A stretch of DNA of 64,000 bases from assembly GCA_965235115.1 (NCBI GenBank), contig OZ249448.1, forward strand, positions 14,694,001 through 14,758,000, given 5' to 3'. Every line of letters begins with the position of its first letter. The stretch's first letter is position 1. Source of the stretch: Laetmonice hystrix. Lineage: Eukaryota. A program made the translations under genes and the position numbers. The notes under the pieces were generated by a model that searched no databases, was not told the origin of the DNA, and saw only the letters and a list, made by a program, of their open reading frames with translations. This document shows positions 1 to 13,500 of the stretch, in pieces.

Positions 1-165
1 TGAACTTGTTATGCCTACACATGACATCTTTAGTTATTGCCCTACAGCTCTCTGGGCCAATCTTTCTAAATACGTCGAGGCCTAATTGACATCGCAACAT
101 AAATAGTTAAGCCTAGGCCCCTAAATGTTAAAAGATATTTATGATGTAGAGTAGACTATACTCAC

Positions 166-725
166 ATTCACAGTACGGCTGCGATAATCTGGCCTGCTAT
201 CTTTGTTATAGTCCATTTTGTAATCTTTGAAGGAGTCCTTGACAACGGTGGATGACGTGGTAGTTGTCGTTAGAGACGATGACGTCCCGGATGACAGCTC
301 CGAACTTTCCTTTTCCTTCTCCTTTTCCTTCTCCCGTTCTCTCCTGTGTTTCAGTTCCAGGTAATCCGTTGTAGAAGAAGTTGTTTCTGACGTTGTCTTT
401 TCTTTCGCCTCCCTCCTGGAGCGGTAGTCGGAATATGAGTCGGCTGCCGACTCGGCGCGTCGTAGCCGGAGTTCGGCAAGACGCTGTGACGTATAATCGG
501 AGAGCCCGGATGACGTTCGGTCGCTTAATGACGTAGAACGGTCAAGGGCTGACGTCCTGTCGCTAAGGGCGGACGTCCGTTCCAGAGCTGAGGGCCTTTC
601 ACCGCTGAGGGCTGCAGTCCGCTCGGCAAGGGCCGCACGGCGGGCAACAGCAGCGGCGCTGGCAGTACGAGGGGTCGGTGTTGGGCTCGGTGTCGACTCA
701 TCCTTGTCGCCTTCCTTGTCAACGT
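166..725 (-). CDS. Internal coding exon (560 nt) of an unidentified gene; Ser/Thr/Arg/Glu-rich low-complexity protein; gene continues off the left edge
   Basis: Open frame 139..738, bounded by acceptor TACAG| (AG at 727-726) and donor AAT|GTGAGT (165-164). Starts phase 1, ends phase 0. No diagnostic domain recognised. Confidence 0.75.
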
Positions 726-2567
726 CTGTATTTATCAAGTAAACATGTCATCAGTATACCAATCTATGCTACGAGAAAGGGTTAGATCTAATGGCACGCG
801 GGGCGGTACCAGCGTTAGCAAAAACAGGGGGAGGTCAGGGATTGCTTAGTAAACTTCATTAAGATCTCAAAATATTCTAAAGATGCGAATTATATACTCA
901 ATGTTTTAGGGCCTCGTTCTGTTCTGGACCAAGAGGGTTGTGTGTTTTTGTTAGTGTTAATTCAGATGGAGGCGGGGGGGGGAGGGGTGAGAATATACCC
1001 TCGAGTGTGAATGATAGATTTGTGCACAGAGAACGTCGACATCTTTACCATCAATCTTGACTATGTTTCAAGTAATGCCCGCGCGGCCCCACACATTTAA
1101 GGCCAAAGGGGTCGATTGCTTGCGATGCGGACTGCCAGTTGAAAGTACCCTATATAATACAATGCTACAGCCTGAAATGGGACAACAGATCACCTAGACA
1201 TTCCCGCCATAACTAGGCCTACATCCCCTGCAATCTCACAGCACTCCCCCTCCCTTTGCAGATTACGATCTTTTAAACTTTATTTGGGGTTTTATTTACC
1301 TAGAGTCTATGACTTGTAAACCTTAGAAGTTCAGAATGCAACTGCTATAAGGAAAGCGCAACGGATGGCGTGCAACAGCTTTTTAAAGGCACGTGCCTGT
1401 CGTTATATCCATAATAACAGTCAGCAAGATATGGAAGATAGGCCTACACGCGGTTTGTTTGGTTCGTTGATTAGATTTTCTACACCTATAAGAGACACTC
1501 CGTGATCTCACGACAGACCCCGTGATCTCAGGACAACCCCGTGATCTCTCGAGAAACTACGTGACCCGGCGATACCCAACCACGAGAGTTGGTATAGGTG
1601 CACGTCGATGAATGATGCAGAATGAATGGTCGATTACGGAGTGCTTTCAGCCTGAATAATCCCCCTCGATTACGGCATGTGTGCCTTATAAACAATGGCG
1701 TAGATTTGTAGGGGATGGGACAGTGAAACATGACGTCATAAAGTATCGGGTAATCATCCCCCAGAATCTACAACAGCCTAACATAACAAGGGTTTAGTGT
1801 GGCGAATCTCCGTAAAGTGAATGGTATAGGCCTACTACTATAGTATACTAGGCCTGATCAGAACTGGGGATTCATGATCAAGTATAAGTTCGGCACCCCG
1901 ACCGGAATTGACCTTTCTGGCTCAGGAACAGTTGTGTCGGTCGAGGGGCCATCTCCAATCAACCAACTGCCTTCCCACATGCCGACTGACCCTAGACATT
2001 ACAACCAGGGTAGCCTAACCTATACCCACCACTGCCAGTAGCCAATTACTGCACTCAGGGCCAATCCAACCCCCACTTACACCTCGTTCCAATTCACCAA
2101 TGGGGTTTGGTGCAAAAGGTCATGTACAAAATCTTCCTGGTCAGGGGGTACATCCTGACGGCTGGGGGAGAGTTAAACATCCAGATGATCATTCTCCACG
2201 TTTGTATCTGTGTACATGTACGGGTTGGGTATGGATTGTTGGTCTGTTAGGGAAAATATTCTTATTGCAATAGGCCAACTATATAGGTCTTTAAGAAAAT
2301 GTATATTTAGAACTTTACGGAGATGAGAAATTAAATTTCGTACATAATTACCATAATTATGTGGCATCTAATGAGTGGTAATTTAAATAATTTGGACCGT
2401 TGTCGAACTTCTACCCTCAGTGGAGGTTTGATGCTTCTTGAAGAGTTTAAAGGGGGCCACAACCCTATGGACCTGTCGGTCCCGCCAGCGATGTTATTGG
2501 AATGTAGGTCCTATCTGACATGTGCTATAGTCGGCCGCAAATGAAACGCAATATTTATACCATGCAC

Positions 2568-3388
2568 ATCACCACCCAATGCCCAAGCCACCATTCTCAC
2601 CACCCAATGCCCAAGCCACCATCACCACCACAATGCCCAAGCCACCATCACCACCACAATGCCCAAGCCACCAGTCTCACCACCACAATGCCCAAGCCAC
2701 CATTCTCACCACCCAATGCCCAAGCCACCATTCTCACCACCCAATGCCCAAGCCACCATTCTCACCACCCAATGCCCAAGCCACCAGTCTCACCACCCAA
2801 TGCCCAAGCCACCAGTCTCACCACCACAATGCCCAAGCCACCATTCTCACCACACAATGCCCAAGCTACCATTCTCACCACCCAATGCCCAAGCCACCAT
2901 CACCACCACAATGCCCAAGCCACCATTCTCACCACACAATGCCCAAGCTACCATTCTCACCACCCAATGCCCAAGCCACCATTCTCACCACCCAATGCCC
3001 AAGCCACCATTCTCACCACACAATGCCCAAGCCACCAGTCTCACCACCCAATGCCCAAGCCACCATCACCACCACAATGCCCAAGCCACCATTCTCACCA
3101 CCCAATGCCCAAGCCACCAGTCTCACCACCCAATGCCCAAGCCACCAGTCTCACCACCCAATGCCCAAGCCACCATCACCACCCAATGCCCAAGCCACCA
3201 GTCTCACCACCCAATGCCCAAGCCACCATTCTCACCACCCAATGCCCAAGCCACCATCACCACCTAATGCCCAAGCCACCATCACCACCCAATGCCCAAG
3301 CCACCATCACCACCCAATGCCCAAGCCACCATCACCACCCAATGCCCAAGCCACCAGTCTCACCACCTAAAGCCCAAGCTACCATTCT
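2568..3388. repeat. Minisatellite, mixed 28/25-bp units (CCAATGCCCAAGCCACCATTCTCACCAC), about 30 copies
   Basis: Direct tandem reading; it generates the His/Pro-rich ORFs in all three + frames. Confidence 0.95.
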
Positions 3389-3398
3389 GTATATATGG

Positions 3399-3665
3399 AG
3401 GTGTTCTGGGTGGACCCCGGCGCGATTTTCTTTTCCAAACAGGTTTGCTATGACGCTTGGAGTCAAATTGTTCAAAAAGGGTTAGAGTTAGGGATAGCAT
3501 TGGTTATTAACTCTTAGGGATTTACGGTTAGTTAGGGATAAGGATAGTGATATTCCAACACAGTTTAGAGCAGCTAGGCTAACTGTCACGTGCGTCCTAT
3601 TCGGCATTTGATTGGACGAAATGGCAAACCTGTTTGGGGAAAAAATTTCGCACCCTGAGCAGCGT
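3399..3665. mobile_element. Small foldback/MITE-like element with internal GGTTAG/GGGATAG telomere-like motifs
   Basis: Imperfect inverted repeats 3421-3448 (GCGATTTTCTTTTCCAAACAGGTTTGC) and 3624-3651. Confidence 0.6.
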
Positions 3666-3867
3666 GACGACCTCTGACACGAGGACGCTGCCCTGACGAG
3701 CCCAGACTGCTGATGATATGAGTGGAAGCAGACGTTACAGTGATGGAAGCGCGACCTGGTGGTGCTGGCAAGAACTAGGCCAAGTAGCGGCTGAATAGAC
3801 ACTCCCAGCGGTGGTGCTTCCGCATGCAAAACGATTACATTCAGATCTTTAAAGATTGGCTCCATTA

Positions 3868-4308
3868 GGCTGAGTTCACATAGGAGTATACGGCACGGGT
3901 ATACGGTGCACGTTTTGCAGGGCACGCGAATAGCTTTAATCATACAATAGGATCTTATAATACCGGGTCACATCAGACGGCACTATTCGAAAAGGCGTAT
4001 AGTATAGTATAGTGGGAATCGTGCGTGTTCGATTTTAGTGCAGCGTATACCTTGGGGTGCCTGTGTTTATTCTTGATATTTTTTAACGAAATTTTCAGAT
4101 CTAAGGGCCGATATATAGGGGTATTGACTCTGAAAATTTCAAAGAAATCAGTTCAAGGGGAGGGGCAGGGGGCACCTTTCAATTCATGTCGGGAATTAAG
4201 ACACTGGCGGGCGTGACTCGCCGTGCCCGTATAGCGTATAGCGAATACCGAATAGCGAATACCGTATACCGTATACCGTATACCGTATACTCCTATGTGA
4301 ACTCAGCC
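3868..4308. mobile_element. MITE, probably PIF/Harbinger-type
   Basis: Perfect 26-bp TIR GGCTGAGTTCACATAGGAGTATACGG (28 bp with flanking TA). Flanks are TTA / TAA; subterminal (CCGTATA)n. Confidence 0.8.
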
Positions 4309-6743
4309 TAAGGCACACCGCTGTATACGTACTCGTAATGTAGGCCCTACGATGGTCCGCACTGTGCAGACCTTAGAAGCGCCACATGCATTTATAAGGG
4401 GGGGGGGAGTTCATTTGGCCAATCGCACCGGAGGGCCGAGAGGCCTGAAGTGGGACCAATTGCCCGACAGTGAGCCTAAAGCACGGTGATTAAATAAATA
4501 GTAAAATTTCAGAATGTTACCGACAAATTCAGCATTTAATTAGGTATTTTATCAATTATAGAGATGTTCAAGAATGGCAATGATATTTGTACTGAAACTT
4601 ATTACCGAAAGCAAGCTACATTTTCACCACATATGGCACAGCATAACGAAGCCTGCTGTCTCCCTTTCTTTTGTTGCATAATGCACCGGCGCGCGTTGAC
4701 GGTACGGAAATAATTTGACTTCATTCGTCTCAAAAGGAAATCAATACTGAAACAATATAACCTCGGCTTTTCTGCGGAGATCATGCAGTTGTACGATTCT
4801 ATTTTGACCCACAGCAGCTAGACTTGTCATGCAGTGATCCACATGTCCTTTCAATAACGAACTATCTATAGCTCATAATGTGGGCCGACATCTTCGTGGA
4901 AATGTTCGTTCCGGGGGATGTAGCCATACGGTACCGTACAATCCATACAGTAAGGTATAACGATCAGGACATCCACGGGACTATAGGATAATATATGTAC
5001 GACGATCCTCTAAGACCGTGATAGCTTTACAAATATTATGATCTACCTGTTTGAGGTATAGGCCTACGTACGGCCACACTGGCCTGGTTGTGGGCCCGGC
5101 ATGGGATCAGGAAACACAAAGAGGTTGTGACGAGAGCTGGGGACTCTCACAATAGTTGTATCACGTACACCTAAACCGACCGCCCCAACTCATCTCTACA
5201 CAACATTTGTACCCAGGTCACCGCTCTCGGTATATACATCTCTAGTACACCTATACGTCGTGGGAACGGGAAAGTGTTATAATACTCACACATGAGCAAA
5301 CAACGTGGGTCAGTACATCTCAGCAGAAAACCCTTATAGGAGATGCTACAGTATATTATAGCACATCACAGGAGATGAGTCACTGCTATTCGTCTATTAT
5401 GTATTATTTTTATTACGACTCTGTAGGGATTGTATTGATCGTCTAGCACGGTGGCCTCACATCAGCATCAGCTGTTTCTATGTCACGGTGACCTAGTTTA
5501 ATAATGAAGCATCGCTTTGTTCCTGTGTTGGAAAGCTAGCTGGGAAGGGGGAGGGGTGGCGGACACGCGTGGCACGGCCCACTCACAACAAGAGTCACCA
5601 TCTGCACCCTAGTACCACAAAGGGTTACCATGGTAATGCCGATGAAAATGCAAATTTTCGTGTACTGCAGCTGGTAACGCTTCAAGGTGATGGTCTGGTA
5701 CAGTCATAAATATTTGACAAATTCAGCTGTTAGACATTAGGCCTACGTGTCTAGTTGGTAATTTGGCATTCAAAATGCTGAAAACGCTGACAAAATGCAT
5801 AGATTCGATACATTTATGATACGGTAAACTGGGACTATATATAAACCTTTAACACAGTCACGTTTACGAGGTCACTCCTGCATGCTCGTGTTGAATTTAT
5901 CGTTCTGCTTTGATCGCCACAAAGATTTACTGTGGCCTACGACCGCTACATGCGAGGTGACCGGGGAGGGGGGGGGGGGCTGGGGCAGGGGCGTGACTCG
6001 AGGCCCCGTCACCCACTGAAGTTTATAATGTACACACCCTCTTTTGTATCCAAAACATAGAGATAAACTCACTCCAAACACTGTATACAGTTGTGTATAA
6101 CACATATAGGCCCCTATTAATCAGTTTACGTCCATGCATAGGTTATTAACACCATGTGTTTGATCATGGTACACAGTTCACGTGAGTAATATTGACACGC
6201 GAACAAATGGCATGAATCACTCGCACCAAGCCAAGACACTACGGCATGTTGCGACAGAATATTGCCGTCAGCTTATTTCAATAATCAACATATTCATTAC
6301 GACCAGAGCAGACCGCTTGACACCTTGGTCGTGGTGGCCTACGTGTCGAACACTAGTCTTGTAAGGTCCTCTGAATACCAAACACCTCAAGACTCAAGGT
6401 AACTGATGGTCATGGACCGGAGGAATCTTCAATGTGGTTGTGATGGCAACAATAAAAGTAGGGACATTTAAACATGGCGGCCCCCATGCGTTCAAAGCAT
6501 TGTGTGCATGCTACCGGTAGCATGTAGCCTACGCCGTATTTTTCAGACAAAATCAATACTAAGAAAGCCCATGTTCATACGTTGGAGTTAAAATTGACAC
6601 GGACTAGTTATGGATGATGGCCAAGTGAGTAGTTATGGTTACCGAACCGTGAGATGGGAGAATGATATGTAAACTGGGAGGGGGCGGCGTTTGGAGGACA
6701 TCAAGGACTATCCAAGTGAACACGCAGGATTGAGGGCACTCAC

Positions 6744-6802
6744 CGGTTTTGCTCAGCCTGGCTGCAAGCCTCTGGCTCGCTGTAGACGCTGGAGCCGTCA
6801 TC
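6744..6802 (-). CDS. Probable upstream exon of the same unidentified gene (MTAPASTASQRLAARLSKT)
   Basis: Acceptor CATCATCCTCTAG| and donor CCG|GTGAGT. ATG at 6801 and a phase-1 end join in frame to exon 166-725; SQRLAARL echoes SQRLAELRL in that exon. Confidence 0.55.
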
Positions 6803-8588
6803 CTAGAGGATGATGGTGGCGCCTATAGCTCCACTATAGACCCCCGTCTGGTCGGTTAGCGTTCTCACTGATGGCCACAGAGGCCGTCAGGCACTGCAGG
6901 TTGCCACCATACAACAACAGTCACGGCAAAAATCCTGCAGCGCAATGCAAACGAAGATATCGAGGGCAAGTGTGTGGAGATGTCGGTCTATACCCTGCGC
7001 TCACCACCACGCTGGCTGCGTGCTCGCTGCGACTACTGCAGATCCAGCTCCTATTCTGGGTCGGGTTCCGCCGGTCGGCCGAGAGGGGTCACTGCCGGCA
7101 GGCGTGGCGTTGTGGGAGGTCACTCAGACGCTCACACTGGAGTCGGCGTCTGTCAAGTCGATGGGGGTGGCAGGGGAGGGGAGAAACAGCTGGTGGAGTC
7201 CTCTTGCACTGTTCTAAAGACGCCGAATGGTCATCAGGAAGTTGCCTGGCCTAAAATTTCCCACTCCTCATGAATGCATTTTCCTGCTGGCCACCTGAGT
7301 TCATTGGCGGCGGGCAGCGTTGGCTCTCACTGCTGTTGTCAGTGAGCGGACAACATTCAGCAGGCGTCGACTGGTTGGTTGGTCCAGAGGCGGCCAGTAA
7401 TGGTCCACAACACCGGTCGGTGATGGAGGGATGAAGACGGGCTTTGTTTCTGGTCAGCAATGGTTTGATGTGTGTGTGTATAGTGTGTGTGTGGGGGGGG
7501 GGGGGGGGGGGGCTTGATGTGGCCCGGTTCAGCACCTATCTAACCTGCTCATTGACCCGAGTTGCGGAATGTATACAGGCCTTGATCTATATAGGGTGTA
7601 TACTGATCATGATCCCAGCGGTGCCCGTATGTTTACTGAGTGAGACCGACTGAGGGCAAGTTGTCCGCAGTCTAATACAGTCTGTATAAAACCTGATAAC
7701 TCGGTGAAGAAGATTTTACTGGCAGGGGCTTTGGTTGGCAGCCGGGTGAGGGACCGGCGGCTATGGGCCAATACCCCCGGAGCACATCCGTCATCAGGGC
7801 TCTCCAGCCGTCGGACTTGGTTAGCCAGCGGCCTTGGCGGGCCGTAACATTAACAGCATAGAGTATAGACAGTCCGCCGGTCGGCTACCTCTGCCAAGTG
7901 ACCAAACTCTCTGTCCGTGCAGGGTGGACTCTCAAGGCCAGGGTGGAGTGGGGGATGGCCTCTCAAGGCCAGGGTGGGGTGGGGGCGGGGCGGGGCATGT
8001 TTATCCGTCACAACTTATGCCGGTACTTCTTTGCGAGTCGCTGCAAGGCACAGAGGGCCAACATGAAGGATGAGCAGGCGCACATATCGTCACTGGTGTT
8101 GGATGGCTGTTATTATGGGTGACTGATGGAAGGCTATTTCGTCCTGTCTTTCTCAAGAGTCAATATCTGCCTAGAATCAGACCTGTTGGAGCATAAAGCA
8201 GATAGGGACGGCTCCTACGCCAAAGGGGTGGGTATAGGCTGGAGTGTAGGGGGTGGGGGTGCATGGGGAAGGGTGACCCCGGGATAGATTGTAAGGGTAT
8301 AGATTACTCCTGCCCCCCCATGTGCACGATCTATATATTATATAGTATATTCTCCAAGCATGAATTTTTGCCGTCATGATATTAGAGGAAGATATTGGTC
8401 AGTATATAGCTTATAATAGAGTAACCATAATGTTCCAGACAAACACCTATATGGGTAGACGTCAATCTGTAGAACTAGTGTCCTGTCATAGTAACCCATC
8501 TTTCTGAACAACCTTCCATTAAAGCACCAATATAGGCGATTGAAAAAACACACACACAAAACAGGAGTAATTAAGAATATCTGTACAT

Positions 8589-8594
8589 TTTATT
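8589..8594 (-). terminator. Polyadenylation signal, likely 3' end of the RasGAP mRNA
   Basis: AATAAA on the minus strand followed about 25-45 nt downstream by a U/GU-rich tract (8545-8565). Confidence 0.5.
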
Positions 8595-11500
8595 CAAAAT
8601 AGACGCTTTTATCGAATCATGAAACATTCACTAGGATATATTTTTCAACAATAAACGTGAGCTCCAGCTGACAGTACAATGTCACTGATATATACGGTCT
8701 GTCTCTCGTACGTCAACCTCCGCACGTGACGTGCCACCAGCTCATGACTGCTTGGTCTAGACGCTACAGTAACCATGATATTAAAATATACATTCTTAAA
8801 TGCACTGGCGGCATTTTTGCAATGACAATAAGTAGGCTACTAAACGTGGCAGTTAAATTTCAGTACCTTTTAACTTGCACGATACCCGTTGAACCAACCG
8901 TCAACACACCGCAATGAACGCCTATACCAGTTGTGTTCATTTGCCTACGTCAACGCCAAAGGACGTACATGGGCGATAATGGGTACAAAACACAATATAA
9001 ATATCAAGTCAAAATTGTAAAATGTAAACCATGCATATCATCAATATATAGATATATGTATTTATATTTACTATCACGAGGGGGTTCCCGACAAAATGTG
9101 TATCTATGCGCCACCACTAGGCCTACTAGATATATCAACAAAAATAAGATCGACAGGGGTTGAAAGATTACATAGGCCTAATTAATATCATTTAAACCTA
9201 GACGCTCAATGAAGGAATTATGGGTTGCCTACTGGCCTGGGATGACAAGCAAAATCATTGCAACACCTATTCAAATCATAATTAGCTTAGCTTCACTGGC
9301 AAAACGGGGAGATCTGAAAGTAAATTAAAGAATATACACATTTACCAATAAAATAGAATAACAAATAGATGTTATTTATACGGGATTAGGCAAGGTAGCT
9401 TCAGTGTAGACTGCAACCCTTCCCTGCTCCCGATCAGGAACTACACTGTCGGCTACTACACAAATGTAACCAAATACAATGTCCAATACGATCTACGCTC
9501 CAACGGCTTAGGGTCACCTCCATCGATGACCTCAACAGTTTACCATTCAAAACAACTCACATAATTCACAGTGTGCGTATATAGGGCTAGACGGCCGAAA
9601 ATTGTATCTGTCACGGCCGCTTGGTCCTCGGAAATTTATATAGGCCTACCTATGTGATACTAGCATTATTTTGTCCACTCTCCACGACATGCACTGAGTG
9701 ACATGATTATAGGGGCTCCGTGAAAATGTTTATGTTGGGAATTGCAGGCGTGTGTCTCGACCATGAAGGTGTCAGACGTGTTACGTAACATTACTGGTGC
9801 ATGTTGGTGGGAGCACGTGCTGCGTACTTAGTACCAGACTTAACCACCAGGTGGCAGGTAAAGTGTTTACCTTCATGACTCGTAAACGTACATTTGTATA
9901 CGATAATCGTCAATTGGGTAATCAGCCAGGTATCGTTTTCAATGCGTAAAACACTCATGAAAGGTTCGCATCACCCTCGGCATGCCTTCAAAGTTAGAAC
10001 CAAGTCGTTACGGCCACAGATCAAAGGTTTAAATCCACTGTTACGACGTTTTCTGGTTATTGGTGAATGTCTGTGTTAATTTGGAGAAATTTCAACATTT
10101 CAACATCATGGCAAACATGCGTTACTCTGGACAACAGTCACCTTCACTGAATGTTCCTCAACCATCCACAAGTTTTAAGTAACATCTTTTGACTGAATAT
10201 TTTCACCTCTGGGATGGTGTAGACCGTAACCGCAGCAGGTCTATATGAGAATCTTAACTTAATTATACAACCCTTTGCTGGATTTTATCCAAAAACTTTG
10301 GAGAATATTTACGACCCGGCGCCATCTTTTTTCAAAAAGCAGTGTTCGCCGTGAAGATTCCCTCTTCTGGTAAAATGTATCTACAGAAATGCGCTGCGGA
10401 ATGTTAGAAAGAACTTTCAAAATGGTCGCCCTAAGCCGGACTATTATGTTTTGGACATCTCAAGGCATTTTGATCTATGCTCGGGTGTTCAGATATGTAT
10501 AAAGCCATAAACTTTGTGCTTCTGATCTAATGAAAATGTATAAGTTCGCTGAAGGCAAATCGGTAGCCTACTAGACTTGCTTAATGTTAGTAGGACCTCA
10601 CCCATACAAAATAACATAACGTTTACAAAACACATATTCTGTATGAGCGAGCAACAATGACGATATGGTAACAGCTCTGAGGACTGTTTGCTGACGGTCA
10701 ACGATACCAATAAATTAGCATATTTCTGCAAATATTCCATATAAAACAACATTATTAACTATGCAAACACACGTTCCTGACAATATGTATACAATGATTA
10801 TATCGACAACCTCATGTCACGGGATTCATCGGAAAAATAAATCACGTCAGTTGGGAATATGACGGCAAGTAGTAAAATACACAATATCAACATTAGAAAG
10901 GTTCAGAACATTCAACAGGGCCTGCATGGGTCACCTCTCGTGGTTTCTGTTACTGCTGTTAGGTGGCACACCATGCCGGGCAAACTTCTTTCAACTTCCA
11001 CAACGCCGAAATCCTTCTCCTCTGCTTCAATGTCGCAAGTACAAAACACGGGTGGTGTATGGGATCTTTTTAAGGTATACAAGAAATATGTGCTGTTGTC
11101 AGTTTTAGCCCTAAACACTGACAATGATAAATAACTATAGATTAATAACCAGATTTCAACAGTACGATCGAAATTCAACACGCGTTGCAAGGAATTTTAA
11201 TGACGTCATCTGGCAGCAACGCACCTCCATGACATTTCAGAAAGAAACAGCTGTTCGTAATGAAATACCTTACGAAATCTTCGTTATTCTTGACAATTTG
11301 ACTTTTATATTTGTTTGGTTACTGCACTCAGCCAGCAGTCTTGGAGACCTGGGTAGTTATCGGCGTTCTGCCCACGACTCTCGTACCACGTCTCCGAGAG
11401 GGTTGACAAGGTTATAGCGTGTGACATTATACAAACGACACCTATAAATACCACATCGTATCGCCTACTTTTTTAACCACTTCTTTTGGTGACCACCGTC

Positions 11501-13151
11501 TTTCTATCCCCAACTGCAAAATGTATGTTATATAAATCATTTAACCCAATAATTAAGCCTGAAGTGAACGCTTGTGATTTCTATCACACGTTTTGATTTT
11601 TTATCTTTTTTTAAATTAAGGGCTAACCGTCTTAGACAAAAATAAGTAGCAGATGGTTTAATTATCGAATGAATCTTTGTCCATGAAATTGTCCGAAACT
11701 ATTTGGCAAAAGTTTTCATCAAACTGCACCTTCCCCTGGTTTTTGTACGAGAGGTCAATCCTCGACATCCTCGACAGAAGCCTTGCGGATCGAGCTAGCC
11801 TCCCCCCCCCCTTCCACCCCGACAGGCACGCCTTCAACCATACTTCAAGGCCTGGTATAGTTGCTCCAGGTACACCGTCATCCTGTACTAAATGACCTCT
11901 GGAACCTGGCATCATGAGCAGCATATTGCAGAAACATAGCATATCACATTTTCTGACACTACAAGAAAGGGACATCCTTGTATGATTGTATTCCCCAATA
12001 TATAAAAGTTACGGATGATGACATACAATGTTGATATGTTCCTACATTTACATAATAAAGAGAAGACGAGGTACTAAACAATCTTCGCCAGTTATGCAAA
12101 AATATTTTAGTAAATTCTTAAAATATAATCTTTGAATGGAATATTCCATAAACAGATATTATATACAGAAACATTTTATCGTCAGAGATTCGTATAACAC
12201 CATCTCGCACCATGCCATCCTGCCATGAAGTCTTCTCTATTAGGATAAGAACGATTCCATTCTTTGAAAATGGAAAATCACTTCAACTCTGAAAAGAAAG
12301 GCAGTAAGTACCATGAGCAACCGCTTTCCCCTCTGTTCGTCTGGCCCGCTGGGGCGGGTTGCATGCCCTCTGGTGTCAAAGGGAAGAACTAGCCGTGTAA
12401 GACGAGCCCGGCACAACTGTCCAAAATGAAGAGTCCATGTCCTCGCAAAGCCTCAACCGACCTAATAATAGGGACGCACCTCCCAACAATCCAAGGATAA
12501 ATAGTCACGAACGATGACAAAATAACTGGATGAACATCCGGAAATGTTTTACACCTCGAAACCCTGACCCTTATAGAAAAGGTACATCCTAGCCGATTTC
12601 ACTTTTTCCAGGGCCAAGCTTGCGAACATTAGACAAAAATCGGCTCACTTTTATAGTACGTCGAACAGCCACCAGAGGGCAGTATATGGTTTTGTGTTAT
12701 CCTCACCTGTCATTGGTTGACAGAATTAATTAATTCCCAGGGCAGATTGCGGGAGATGTAGACAGGTTGTCGCATGGCGACGCCAAGTTTGTGATCTAAA
12801 AATATGCTTACTCCGAGTATAATTAAAATTCACCCGAAAAAGTCAGTTCGAGTTTGAACCTCCGTCGGCCTACCGTGGCAAATGCCACCCTCTTGAAGGA
12901 GATACCGACAGAATGGGAAAAATGAGGGCGGGCAAAGAAGGCCTCTATGCCAGATAACAGCAGAAGGCAAAATGAGACCACACAATTTCAAGGACGACTT
13001 AAGCCAAGCATCTGAGGCATCTTGGGTCTAATGCCGCTGTTTCCATGGCGACAGCAACGTCTCCACGCCTCTAAACAATGAGTGACTGCCCCCCGGTGAG
13101 TATAAAGCAGGTTTCACTGTTTCCGGTCCCAAAGAACGCACAATTCTCTGG

Positions 13152-13500
13152 TTAATCAACCTTTCCCCGACATATACTCCCACGTGCCCGCTCCTTCTCC
13201 ATTTTTTCATAAGCCTCGTGAGCCTTCTCCAGGTCCCTGATGACATCAAGGAGTTGCGCGACGGAGGCCATCTGTGCGTCCTGGAAGGAGGTGCTCCTGT
13301 GTAAGGCGTGGTGCGAGTCTGTGGCTATCATGAGGAACATGGGTGAAGGGGGCGGTGGTTCCAGGGTTGTAATTGTGGACTGGGTCTGGCGAAGATGGGC
13401 CTCCTGGGCGGATCGCTCCTGCCGGTGCTGCTCCTTCAGCGTCTGCACCGTCTCCTTGACAACCTCCTCCACAGCTTCCTGGCTCTCAAGGTACTTTTGT
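13152..13500 (-). CDS. RASAL1: RasGAP exon 20, presumed terminal (QKYLE...[16 protein letters not shown]...GKVD*)
   Basis: TTTTTTTCAG| acceptor; C-terminal DLEKAH motif. Stop at 13152 is assumed; a further short exon cannot be excluded. Confidence 0.8.

Noticed and set aside
2173-2207. Possible phase-1 alternative terminal exon (DTNVENDHLDV*) of the left-edge gene
   Set aside because: Weak acceptor only; no other support.
2520-3485. Three long His/Pro/Cys-rich ORFs (321, 263, 202 aa) resembling a metal-binding or structural protein
   Set aside because: A stop-free 28/25-bp minisatellite opens all frames with the same permuted peptide; no splice or promoter support, and it lies antisense within an intron.
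5587-5694. Minus-strand segment with AG and GTGAGT ends (TITLKRYQLQ...)
   Set aside because: Phase 0-0 is incompatible with the flanking phase-1 junction; no homology recognised.
6871-8122. Cluster of GC-rich plus-strand ORFs
   Set aside because: Mutually overlapping, low complexity, no domain motifs; more likely the promoter or 5' region of the left-edge gene.
10926-11108. 60-aa plus-strand ORF with a signal-peptide-like start (MGHLSWFLLLLLGG...)
   Set aside because: Short, antisense to the probable RasGAP 3'UTR, no promoter or polyA support, no recognisable peptide family.
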